A stretch of 64,000 nt of DNA from NCBI GenBank assembly GCA_051362555.1, contig JBPQGU010000013.1, positions 248,001 to 312,000 on the forward strand, written 5' to 3'. Both the position numbers and the translations under genes were made by a program. Under the pieces are notes generated by a model, which searched no databases, was not told where the DNA came from, and worked only from the letters and a program-made list of their open reading frames with translations. Shown here one piece after another: positions 39,001-50,107 of the stretch. This stretch comes from Lingula anatina. Lineage: Eukaryota > Animalia > Brachiopoda. The number at the start of each line of letters is the position of its first letter. Positions within the stretch are counted from its first letter, which is position 1.

Positions 39001-42000
39001 GGCAGTTTTCTTCAATTTTGGCCAGGTAGGGATGAAAAATTTTTTTCTTCAATATTGTGTCAGGTAGGTGTGTTTGGTCATTTGTAGTGAGGGTAAAGTG
39101 CTGGAAGAGGGATTGTGTCATTATTTAGGAAGAAATAGAGCAAAAACTCTCTCCACCCCCCCTCTCTCCAAATCCTGTTCTCAGGTGTGCTTTCTGGCAA
39201 TCTTTAAAGCTGAAATTGGGGGCTTTAATGAAGTGACCCGGGCGCGTTTCCACATTTTTTATGAATGTCAGGTGTGGTAAATTAATTTTCATCACTTTTT
39301 GGAAAAATTGGTGACGGGTCATTTTTGGGTGATTTTGAGAGATTTTCGTAAGGTCCGGATATGGCAGTTTTCTTCAATTTTGGCCAGGTAGGGATGAAAA
39401 ATTTTTTTCTTCAATATTGTGTCAGGTAGGTGTGTTTGGTCATTTGTAGTGAGGGTAAAGTGCTGGAAGAGGGATTGTGTCATTATTTAGGAAGAAATAG
39501 AGCAAAAACTCTCTCCACCCCCCCTCTCTCCAAATCCTGTTCTCAGGTGTGCTTTCTGGCAATCTTTAAAGCTGAAATTGGGGGCTTTAATGAAGTGACC
39601 CGGGCGCGTTTCCACATTTTTTATGAATGTCAGGTGTGGTAAATTAATTTTCATCACTTTTTGGAAAAATTGGTGACGGGTCATTTTTGGGTGATTTTGA
39701 GAGATTTTCGTAAGGTCCGGATATGGCAGTTTTCTTCAATTTTGGCCAGGTAGGGATGAAAAATTTTTTTCTTCAATATTGTGTCAGGTAGGTGTGTTTG
39801 GTCATTTGTAGTGAGGGTAAAGTGCTGGAAGAGGGATTGTGTCATTATTTAGGAAGAAATAGAGCAAAAACTCTCTCCACCCCCCCTCTCTCCAAATCCT
39901 GTTCTCAGGTGTGCTTTCTGGCAATCTTTAAAGCTGAAATTGGGGGCTTTAATGAAGTGACCCGGGCGCGTTTCCACATTTTTTATGAATGTCAGGTGTG
40001 GTAAATTAATTTTCATCACTTTTTGGAAAAATTGGTGACGGGTCATTTTTGGGTGATTTTGAGAGATTTTCGTAAGGTCCGGATATGGCAGTTTTCTTCA
40101 ATTTTGGCCAGGTAGGGATGAAAAATTTTTTTCTTCAATATTGTGTCAGGTAGGTGTGTTTGGTCATTTGTAGTGAGGGTAAAGTGCTGGAAGAGGGATT
40201 GTGTCATTATTTAGGAAGAAATAGAGCAAAAACTCTCTCCACCCCCCCTCTCTCCAAATCCTGTTCTCAGGTGTGCTTTCTGGCAATCTTTAAAGCTGAA
40301 ATTGGGGGCTTTAATGAAGTGACCCGGGCGCGTTTCCACATTTTTTATGAATGTCAGGTGTGGTAAATTAATTTTCATCACTTTTTGGAAAAATTGGTGA
40401 CGGGTCATTTTTGGGTGATTTTGAGAGATTTTCGTAAGGTCCGGATATGGCAGTTTTCTTCAATTTTGGCCAGGTAGGGATGAAAAATTTTTTTCTTCAA
40501 TATTGTGTCAGGTAGGTGTGTTTGGTCATTTGTAGTGAGGGTAAAGTGCTGGAAGAGGGATTGTGTCATTATTTAGGAAGAAATAGAGCAAAAACTCTCT
40601 CCACCCCCCCTCTCTCCAAATCCTGTTCTCAGGTGTGCTTTCTGGCAATCTTTAAAGCTGAAATTGGGGGCTTTAATGAAGTGACCCGGGCGCGTTTCCA
40701 CATTTTTTATGAATGTCAGGTGTGGTAAATTAATTTTCATCACTTTTTGGAAAAATTGGTGACGGGTCATTTTTGGGTGATTTTGAGAGATTTTCGTAAG
40801 GTCCGGATATGGCAGTTTTCTTCAATTTTGGCCAGGTAGGGATGAAAAATTTTTTTCTTCAATATTGTGTCAGGTAGGTGTGTTTGGTCATTTGTAGTGA
40901 GGGTAAAGTGCTGGAAGAGGGATTGTGTCATTATTTAGGAAGAAATAGAGCAAAAACTCTCTCCACCCCCCCTCTCTCCAAATCCTGTTCTCAGGTGTGC
41001 TTTCTGGCAATCTTTAAAGCTGAAATTGGGGGCTTTAATGAAGTGACCCGGGCGCGTTTCCACATTTTTTATGAATGTCAGGTGTGGTAAATTAATTTTC
41101 ATCACTTTTTGGAAAAATTGGTGACGGGTCATTTTTGGGTGATTTTGAGAGATTTTCGTAAGGTCCGGATATGGCAGTTTTCTTCAATTTTGGCCAGGTA
41201 GGGATGAAAAATTTTTTTCTTCAATATTGTGTCAGGTAGGTGTGTTTGGTCATTTGTAGTGAGGGTAAAGTGCTGGAAGAGGGATTGTGTCATTATTTAG
41301 GAAGAAATAGAGCAAAAACTCTCTCCACCCCCCCTCTCTCCAAATCCTGTTCTCAGGTGTGCTTTCTGGCAATCTTTAAAGCTGAAATTGGGGGCTTTAA
41401 TGAAGTGACCCGGGCGCGTTTCCACATTTTTTATGAATGTCAGGTGTGGTAAATTAATTTTCATCACTTTTTGGAAAAATTGGTGACGGGTCATTTTTGG
41501 GTGATTTTGAGAGATTTTCGTAAGGTCCGGATATGGCAGTTTTCTTCAATTTTGGCCAGGTAGGGATGAAAAATTTTTTTTCTTCAATATTGTGTCAGGT
41601 AGGTGTGTTTGGTCATTTGTAGTGAGGGTAAAGTGCTGGAAGAGGGATTGTGTCATTATTTAGGAAGAAATAGAGCAAAAACTCTCTCCACCCCCCCTCT
41701 CTCCAAATCCTGTTCTCAGGTGTGCTTTCTGGCAATCTTTAAAGCTGAAATTGGGGGCTTTAATGAAGTGACCCGGGCGCGTTTCCACATTTTTTATGAA
41801 TGTCAGGTGTGGTAAATTAATTTTCATCACTTTTTGGAAAAATTGGTGACGGGTCATTTTTGGGTGATTTTGAGAGATTTTCGTAAGGTCCGGATATGGC
41901 AGTTTTCTTCAATTTTGGCCAGGTAGGGATGAAAAATTTTTTTCTTCAATATTGTGTCAGGTAGGTGTGTTTGGTCATTTGTAGTGAGGGTAAAGTGCTG

Positions 42001-43706
42001 GAAGAGGGATTGTGTCATTATTTAGGAAGAAATAGAGCAAAAACTCTCTCCACCCCCCCTCTCTCCAAATCCTGTTCTCAGGTGTGCTTTCTGGCAATCT
42101 TTAAAGCTGAAATTGGGGGCTTTAATGAAGTGACCCGGGCGCGTTTCCACATTTTTTATGAATGTCAGGTGTGGTAAATTAATTTTCATCACTTTTTGGA
42201 AAAATTGGTGACGGGTCATTTTTGGGTGATTTTGAGAGATTTTCGTAAGGTCCGGATATGGCAGTTTTCTTCAATTTTGGCCAGGTAGGGATGAAAAATT
42301 TTTTTCTTCAATATTGTGTCAGGTAGGTGTGTTTGGTCATTTGTAGTGAGGGTAAAGTGCTGGAAGAGGGATTGTGTCATTATTTAGGAAGAAATAGAGC
42401 AAAAACTCTCTCCACCCCCCCTCTCTCCAAATCCTGTTCTCAGGTGTGCTTTCTGGCAATCTTTAAAGCTGAAATTGGGGGGCTTTAATGAAGTGACCCG
42501 GGCGCGTTTCCACATTTTTTATGAATGTCAGGTGTGGTAAATTAATTTTCATCACTTTTTGGAAAAATTGGTGACGGGTCATTTTTGGGTGATTTTGAGA
42601 GATTTTCGTAAGGTCCGGATATGGCAGTTTTCTTCAATTTTGGCCAGGTAGGGATGAAAAATTTTTTTCTTCAATATTGTGTCAGGTAGGTGTGTTTGGT
42701 CATTTGTAGTGAGGGTAAAGTGCTGGAAGAGGGATTGTGTCATTATTTAGGAAGAAATAGAGCAAAAACTCTCTCCACCCCCCCTCTCTCCAAATCCTGT
42801 TCTCAGGTGTGCTTTCTGGCAATCTTTAAAGCTGAAATTGGGGGCTTTAATGAAGTGACCCGGGCGCGTTTCCACATTTTTTATGAATGTCAGGTGTGGT
42901 AAATTAATTTTCATCACTTTTTGGAAAAATTGGTGACGGGTCATTTTTGGGTGATTTTGAGAGATTTTCGTAAGGTCCGGATATGGCAGTTTTCTTCAAT
43001 TTTGGCCAGGTAGGGATGAAAAATTTTTTTCTTCAATATTGTGTCAGGTAGGTGTGTTTGGTCATTTGTAGTGAGGGTAAAGTGCTGGAAGAGTGATTGT
43101 GTCATTATTTAGGAAGAAATAGAGCAAAAACTCTCTCCACCCCCCCTCTCTCCAAATCCTGTTCTCAGGTGTGCTTTCTGGCAATCTTTAAAGCTGAAAT
43201 TGGGGGCTTTAATGAAGTGACCCGGGCGCGTTTCCACATTTTTTATGAATGTCAGGTGTGGTAAATTAATTTTCATCACTTTTTGGAAAAATTGGTGACG
43301 GGTCATTTTTGGGTGATTTTGAGAGATTTTCGTAAGGTCCGGATATGGCAGTTTTCTTCAATTTTGGCCATGTAGGGATGAAAAATTTTTTTCTTCAATA
43401 TTGTGTCAGGTAGGTGTGTTTGGTCATTTGTAGTGAGGGTAAAGTGCTGGAAGAGTGATTGTGTCATTATTTAGGAAGAAATAGAGCAAAAACTCTCTCC
43501 ACCCCCCCTCTCTCCAAATCCTGTTCTCAGGTGTGCTTTCTGGCAATCTTTAAAGCTGAAATTGGGGGCTTTAATGAAGTGACCCGGGCGCGTTTCCACA
43601 TTTTTTATGAATGTCAGGTGTGGTAAATTAATTTTCATCACTTTTTGGAAAAATTGGTGACGGGTCATTTTTGGGTGATTTTGAGAGATTTTCGTAAGGT
43701 CCGGAT
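1..43706. repeat. 362-bp tandem satellite DNA array, about 121 monomers, open at the left window edge; candidate (peri)centromeric or subtelomeric heterochromatin
   Basis: Seen: an exact 362-bp period (the ORF-track repeats step by 362, or 363/364 where homopolymers vary) and near-identical monomers rich in A/T tracts. The array ends at ...TTCGTAAGGTCCGGAT (43706). Chromosomal role is inference. Confidence 0.98.
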
Positions 43707-44502
43707 CCCTCGCACACCTGTAGACCTTCAGCTCCTTCCCGCCCTTCCTCAGAGTTCCAGTCTGGGTGTACAGAGAGACCCCTTCGACGTCCTGGAGGCA
43801 TGGTATGTGGCGCTGTTGAGAGGCCCACATGTCTTGCACTCTCTCGTGATCAAGGAGAGGTACTCCTAGCGCGTCGCACCCCCTGATCACTGTCCAGCGT
43901 GTCGACCAGCGACTGCAAGAGACGAGTGGTTTCAGCTACACCGCGGGTGCGGCGACGGCAGTGTTTCTCTAACTCCTTGCGCGAGATGTGCTGCATGATG
44001 TTGTCTGGGCTGACGCCAGCGCCCTGTAGTTGTAGTTGGCCCAGCTTGGCATCTCGAAGTGCTGCCAGATCATCTGCGTCCCACTCAAAAATGCAGGCAG
44101 ACAACTTCTTCATGAAGACGGCGTATAGTGGGTGGCTTTCCGTGGTGACACAGGAGGCGAACCTGCGCATGAAGTGCCACACGTCCAGTCGCACCACCAG
44201 ATGGGGCCAGCCAGCAAACAGCTTCTTGACATTGCAGGGACCGGAGGTGGAGCAGCAGTCCCTGTCAACATACATCACCTTGGGTGGAGGCTGTTCACTG
44301 AGCTGGTACCGCCCTCACGAGGCCCTGGGCCATCTTGGTCAGGCCAGCTCCCTCCTGAGCAGTGAGTACTGAGGTCAGTACCTGGCCGTGTTCATTGCCC
44401 ACGTTGGTGCACCAGGCAGCTGAGCCTGCAGCCTCTCCTGCCAGCTTTTTGGCTACCTGAAAAACGGAGGGGGGAAATATGACACTTAATACATTTTCTT
44501 AA

Positions 44503-44543
<41 letters not shown>

Positions 44544-47500
44544 TTTGTTGTTTTGTTTTCAAAACTGTTCACTGTACAAAGTTTAAGAGAGCAAATCAGA
44601 ACAAAAACTGTACATACCTTTTTGGTGGAGTCCATCTTCAAGACGGATCCAAAGGTGGAGGTCACCTTGGCTTTGATCTCATCAAGCCTCAACAACACGT
44701 CACGGACCAGCACAGTTTGTAGCCATGCTGGCCCCGGGAGTCTTTCAAAGGGTAACGGCTGAAGAGGACTTGTTCTCTGCACAAGGGATGAGCTGGCAAA
44801 CTTGTCTACAACTGAGAGGAAATTGGCTACCCTGCTTAGCCAATCCCTGGTGTGCTGCTCACACAGTTGCTTACTCAGCCGAGTAGTGCTGTTCCCAAGA
44901 GATCGCTCTCTCAGGAGAGAAACTACCCGGGTAGAGCAAGAGTACCTGCAACAAAGAATCAAGAACAGAATAAGTTATAAATGTAAAGACAGAGTTATTT
45001 TGTCCGCTGAAATAGATTTTCAAATGAACTGATATTAAATGCAAGAATTCCATAAATTAAAAAAAGAAAAAAAAAAGAAAAGTTTTGAAATTACCTGTAT
45101 GTGAGCAGTGCTGGAAATTTCCCCCTTGTCGCCACGTCCAGCTGTTGGAGGATTTCCCCACTCCAACCCGCATACTTCTTGTGACAGGCGCCGCACTCCA
45201 GGTACTCAGTGCCCATGTAAAAGTAGCCATCGATGTCAAGGACGCGGCGGACAGTCTTGAAGAAACCGCAGGATGTTAACTGGCGACCCTTGCATGATGG
45301 CACAGAGCAAGACAGCTGAGCCCTGAACATGCGGCGTGGCATCCAGAGGAAGAAGGGGTGGGTGAAGAAAGGCCCTGCTGTTCTAGGGGGCTGGGCGTGG
45401 ACCAGTCTGGGTGATGGTGGGTGCCACCACAGCTGCAGCTCTTGCTTCAGTTGGCCCCGGCGGGTGGTAAACAAGGCACGGGAAACCCACTGTGCTTCAT
45501 GTGGTGGCAGGCTGGCCTTCCATGACAGAGGGATCAGATCAGTGTCATCCACGGGCACTGGAACAAGTGAAGAGCAATAAGTACAAAATAATAGAGGGGG
45601 GAAACCTGAAATAAAAGAAAATCATGAACATATATCACACTTTACAAGAGCTGACATACTTTCTCATTACTTTTAAAAATTACTCATTCTTACTTATCAT
45701 GTATCTTCTGCATTGGAGGTTATTAAAAGTAACAGATTAATCACTGCTTGGACTTTGTTTACTTTATGGTCAATAGTTATCATTTAAATACATCCTCATA
45801 TCTTTAACCTTATCACCCACAAACAAAAAAAAGTTATTGCATGTTCAGCTCTTTTATGCTAATCTACAGGCAATACAAACACCAACCACCTCACAGTAAG
45901 GAACCCACAGTAATGCAGAAAAAAAAAAAAAGGAAAGCGAAAAAGCGAAAAAGAAAACAAAACCAAAGTGCTGCTGCTGCTGCTGTGCTGTCACCTTCCA
46001 AAACATATAAAAAGAAAACACACCACATGCTACAAGTGTCAGTGAATAAGCCACGTGTGCATTAATAATAAATAAAACAATAAAACTCTGAAAGCTTGAT
46101 TTCAAACTCACCAACACCTGTCCTCCAAAGACTGTGAAAAGAAAACAGGTACAAGAACAATAGAACACTCTTAATGTTTTACATTCTGTTTTACACTATT
46201 TTCTTTCATTACACTTTGCGCGATTAATTTTATAAAAAATCTTAAAATTCACAATCTAAGCTGTGCAGATTTTCATGAAGGAATTCTTCTTGTCATCATC
46301 ACCTTGGCAGGAGGGCTGGGGCGGTATGTGATATGTCACAGACAAAACACTTAATGTAAGGTCAGCAGCTAGGAGTTAACTTTTTGCTCACTGAAAATTG
46401 ACTGGTTAATTTCCAAATTGAATTGACTGGTTAATTTCCAAATTGAATCCCAGCTGTGACCTCAAATTGTTCATGGAAAAGAAACAAAAAGTCTTTACCT
46501 GAATCTGGCAGGGAGCTCTGCCTTTTGGTCTCCTGTTGGGGTATGGTGTCAGGAGCGGCAGCTGTACTGGTGCCAGCACCAGCTGAGGCAGGGACAGGTA
46601 GCTCTGGGCGTTCCAAGTCGCTCACTTCCTCAGGGTCTACGGCTGTCGCTTTAAATGAACAAAATTAGAATATACTGAAGTAAAAGTGGCAACAACTGTA
46701 AAAAGATGTTAGAAAGCTACTCTTAAAACAAGGGTCCTTACGTCAATGAAATTACCATGAATTACATTTACCTCTGGTGGTGGGTTTAGGTTTCTTGGCA
46801 ACGGCGGGTTGTTGGTGCTGTCTGGGGCAGGAAGGGGGGCGTCCACCACTTCCACATCCTCAGACTTGGGCAGGGTCGCCGTTGCTGGAAAAAAAAAAAA
46901 ATGAATAACGGAATAAATACACTGATACAGAAGCACACATCAACTATTAAATTTGAAAAAAAAAAAAAAAAAATGTGTGTAATAATACATGTGTCATTTA
47001 CCTCTTCTTGATTTCTTAAGATTGGGTGTTGGCCCTGGGGGACCAAGCTGTCTCTTCACTCCAGCTTTGAGCCCTGCTGGTGACAGATGACTGCCGACCA
47101 TGAGGCTCTGAAGTGAGCTGGAGGATACTGGGACAGGCTTGGCAGGTGGTGTGGGTTTTGCCTGCCTCTCCTTGGTCTTGGCAGCAATAGCCTCCCGACC
47201 CTGGGGGAACAGCTCAAGGTACTCCTATGTGAAGTCAATAAAGGTGATTAAGACAGGTACCCTGACAATAAAGGCATTGTCCAATTGAAATGAATGTTAA
47301 TTACTATCATCTCTTTCAATAATGGAAACTAGTACAACTGATTTATATTACTGTGTGTGCTAAGATACAAACAATGCGTTGTACCTTTCCTGGGAGGTGA
47401 CCTTCAGTCCGACTAGTTTGTGTTACAAGACCACTTTAACAATACTAGATATCAGTGACTTGAGGACAGATATGTCAGATACTTAAACTATGATGTTTGT

Positions 47501-48333
47501 CTGTATCCACAGTAACTGAATACTTGAAGTATTATTCACCACAAACCAGTATAACACCAATGAAAGACTTATAAAAGACATGGGGAGGGGGGGGGGGGGG
47601 GTGCAGACAACTAACCTTACACCATGGGGCATTACTTTCAATCTTTCAATACCTTACACATTACATATAGTAAGGCAATCAAAAAAGATTTAAAAGGAAA
47701 GATTTTACCTTGAGCTTGTATTTGTTCACACCCAGCGGGCCGGGGTGTGGAGTCTCCCTGCTCAGACTCTCTGCCAAGTAGGGCGGCATACCCCAGGGAG
47801 TTCTCGACCAGCCACCGGAAGGTCTGCCCCCGGTATTTTCCAAACTGCAGCCTGTGATGCCCCAGAAGGTGTTTCTTGTCGGTGACATCCAGGCCGAGCT
47901 GGATGACTGCAGACCTGGCCTCCTCCGCAACCTTCTCCGGTGGTTTGGCAGCGGCGGTGAGGGAGGCAGTGGCTGCAGAAGCAGCAGCCCTCCTCGCGGC
48001 GTTACTCTCACCGAGCGTCAGTGCTCCATCCGACCTCCTCCTGAACACTGGGTCGCTTGATCTGGTCGAGGGGAGTGGCGTTTTTCGGTTCATCTGCAAA
48101 GAAATCCAGACATGTCATGTCGAGCACCCACCCACGTGGATTTTTCCCGCGAAAAGGTAATTATTGCGATAAAAGCGGAAGGTGCAACTGGTTGCGCCGA
48201 CTGATACGTCGGCGTGCTCGGTACTACTTGAGCTTTTCATCGGTGTCGGTGTTTAAATTATCTAGTCCGTTTTAAAGCGAGCAACGGGCAGGTGAATCGC
48301 TGAGTCGAGAGAAAACTTACCTCTTGTCGCCAT
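43707..48333 (-). pseudogene. Truncated, frameshifted transposase gene of copy 1 (exon 1 to part of exon 8)
   Basis: ATG at 48333 and the same exons as copy 2. Broken after ...YRCAR, before the catalytic ESFH motif. Small insertions relative to copy 2 near 43880, 44312, 46807, 47781 and 48083 shift the frame; these may be consensus errors. Confidence 0.8.
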
Positions 48334-48553
48334 GTTGAATAGCTTGTGCTTGACGACTCCTGTACCACGTGACCTCTTTTCTGCGGCCGTAATTCGCTGA
48401 TTTCGCCTACGTCATCGCTGATTTTCGACCAGATCGCTGATTTTGGGTTTGTGATTGGTTGGAATCGCTGATTTGAGGAAAATCAGCGATGACGTATGCA
48501 TGAGTCGTCATGTGATTCGGGGTCACTCTACAGAGAAGCTACGCATGTCCCCT
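48334..48553 (-). promoter_or_regulatory. Terminal/promoter region of copy 1 (TCGCTGATTT repeats, 19-bp inverted repeat, CCAAT, CACGTG)
   Basis: TCGCTGATTT at 48394, 48415, 48434 and 48465, inverted at 48480. Perfect 19-bp inverted repeat at 48408-48426 / 48478-48496. Lies between the element end and the ATG. Confidence 0.6.
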
Positions 48554-48559
48554 GCGCAA
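48554..48559 (+). other. GCGCAA target-site duplication / spacer between tandem copies 1 and 2
   Basis: Context is CCT|GCGCAA|AGG. ACAGAGAAG (48530-48538) and its reverse complement CTTCTCTGT (48575-48583) each lie exactly 15 nt from the hexamer. GCGCAA is the U6 ISL-loop sequence described as the Dada-U6 TSD. Confidence 0.85.
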
Positions 48560-49364
48560 AGGAACCCACTCAATCTTCTCTGTCGGCCCAGCGCAAAAAA
48601 GAAAAAAAGAAAAAAGGCAAAAAATGCGAAAATTACGCCAAAAATCCCGGGGCGGATGGGGGCAATTTCGGCGCGCAACTTGGCACCAGATGCGTTTCAA
48701 GCCCCAAAAACGATTAAAAACGTTAGTGCGCACCTGGAATGTTTGCCGTGGCCGGGTGAATGGTTCCCCCCTAAAGAAAGGACCCCACGCCTAGTTCCTG
48801 TAAACATTGCGGTTTGTTGTGGTCACATGACCGTGTCACAGTAGCCGACGGCCAAATGACCGTTAACATCGTCAAAAAAGGCCCTTCTCACTGCTCCTGC
48901 AGTTGAGAAATGTGCTTACAAAGTAGCAAATTGACAAACGCAAACAAAACACAGCATCAAAATACAGAACGAAAGTGCCGGCGTTATAACGAAAGTGCAT
49001 AACGAAAGTGCATGTGTATGCAAATGCAAATCGCCAAAAACGGGCCAAACTTGCGCCCTCTAGGAGTTAAGTAGGAGTTAAGACCCAGATCTTGGCTGAA
49101 TAGCGTCGCCTAATGCGTTTTGCATGCTAAAAAAACGTAAATAACCTTGGTTGTGACAGATTGCTACAGTTGAGATCGTGGTGGGGAAAAGAAGGGGAGG
49201 GGGGGGGAATACAGAAACGTGCTCTGCATTCTACTTTCAATTTACTTGTACTGTTCATCAAAATTAAATTAAATGTACAAATTCCGTTTTATTTTCAGTT
49301 TACTGTTTTTTTTTAAAATCAATATACAAATTGAAACAAAGAATGCAGGTTGTATATGAATCAA

Positions 49365-49370
49365 TTTATT
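49365..49370 (-). terminator. Candidate polyadenylation signal (AATAAA) for the transposase mRNA
   Basis: First canonical AATAAA I found downstream of the stop codon at 50108. A second lies at 49288-49293 and an ATTAAA variant at 49449-49454. Which is used is unknown. Confidence 0.45.
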
Positions 49371-49478
49371 GAACCTCAATGCAGATAGCAGTTTTTTTCT
49401 GCGTTTTGTAGTTGCATAAATGATTGAAATAAGTCAGTGATTTTTTTTTTTAATATATATATATATATATAAATAGAT

Positions 49479-49910
49479 GATAGTCCAGCTGTCTTGTTGT
49501 TTTTGCATCACAGTTGCATTGAATAAGTAGGTGATAGTCCAGCTATCTTGGAACAAATTATTGCACAGTTGTTTTTGCATCGCAGTTGCATTGAATAAGT
49601 AGGTGATAGTCCAGCTATCTTGGAACAAATTATTGCAGAGTTGTTTTTGCATCGCAGTTGCATTGAATAAGTAGGTGATAGTCCAGCTATCTTGGAACAA
49701 ATTATTGCACAGTTGTTATTGCATCGCAGTTGCATTGAATAAGTAGGTGATAGTCCAGCTATCTTGGAACAAATTATTGCACAGTTGTTTTTGCATCGCA
49801 GTTGCATTGAATAAGTAGGTGATAGTCCAGCTATCTTGGAACAAATTATTGCACAGTTGTTTTTGCATTGCAGTTGCATTGAATAAATAAGAGATAGTCC
49901 AGCTATCCTT
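49479..49910. repeat. 72-bp minisatellite (about 5.5-6 units) in the predicted transposase 3' UTR, copy 2
   Basis: GATAGTCCAGCTATC recurs at 49533, 49605, 49677, 49749, 49821 and 49893 (72-bp period), with a shortened unit at 49479. Confidence 0.95.
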
Positions 49911-50107
49911 GAATAAGTGAATTGCCAGCTAACCAAGCTATTGCACACTTCCCTTGCATTGTTTGTTGCATTAATGACAGTCCAGCTGTCTGTGTATAAA
50001 TATATGATGACAGTCCAGCTGTCTTTGTATAATTAAATAAAAAATGACACTCCAGCTGTCGAGAATAATGTCATTTTGGGAAGACACAGTCCTTATTTAT
50101 ACTGCCC

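Larger units (their letters stand above)
43707..48553 (-). mobile_element. Dada-U6-type DNA transposon, copy 1; truncated inside transposase exon 8 and joined directly to the satellite
   Basis: 43707 (CCCTCGCACACC...) aligns to 52731 of the full copy, and colinearity holds up to the GCGCAA junction at 48554. About 4.2 kb is missing: the transposase 3' half, the 3' UTR and one terminus. Confidence 0.88.

Noticed and set aside
47-43306. About 180 short ORFs (65-81 aa, both strands) in the satellite
   Set aside because: They are by-products of the 362-bp repeat. They have no recognisable domain, their frames change with homopolymer length, and the plus-strand ORF exists only because one T>G variant removes a stop.
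1-43706. CRISPR array or tandem RNA-gene cluster (5S, tRNA, snRNA)
   Set aside because: No unique spacers, and no recognisable RNA-gene sequence or pol III boxes in the monomer.
43703-43708. GGATCC/GATC at the fusion as a restriction-ligation (Hi-C or cloning) artefact
   Set aside because: Neither parent has GATC there (satellite GGATAT, element GAGCCC); the site is created by the join.
48529-48573. A U6 snRNA gene or pseudogene
   Set aside because: Only about 45 nt are similar. The 5' stem-loop, 3' end and T-run are absent, the catalytic AGC triad reads CGC, and the segment is part of the transposon ends.
49051-49082. TTGCGC plus TAGGAGTTAAG direct repeat as the element boundary, or GCGCCCTCTAG as a CTCF site
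   Set aside because: It lacks the symmetric subterminal repeats and U6 similarity seen at 48554, and the CTCF match lacks the conserved TGG end.
49434-49948. ORFs with 24-aa repeats (88-146 aa)
   Set aside because: They are translations of the 72-bp minisatellite in two frames, downstream of the true stop codon.
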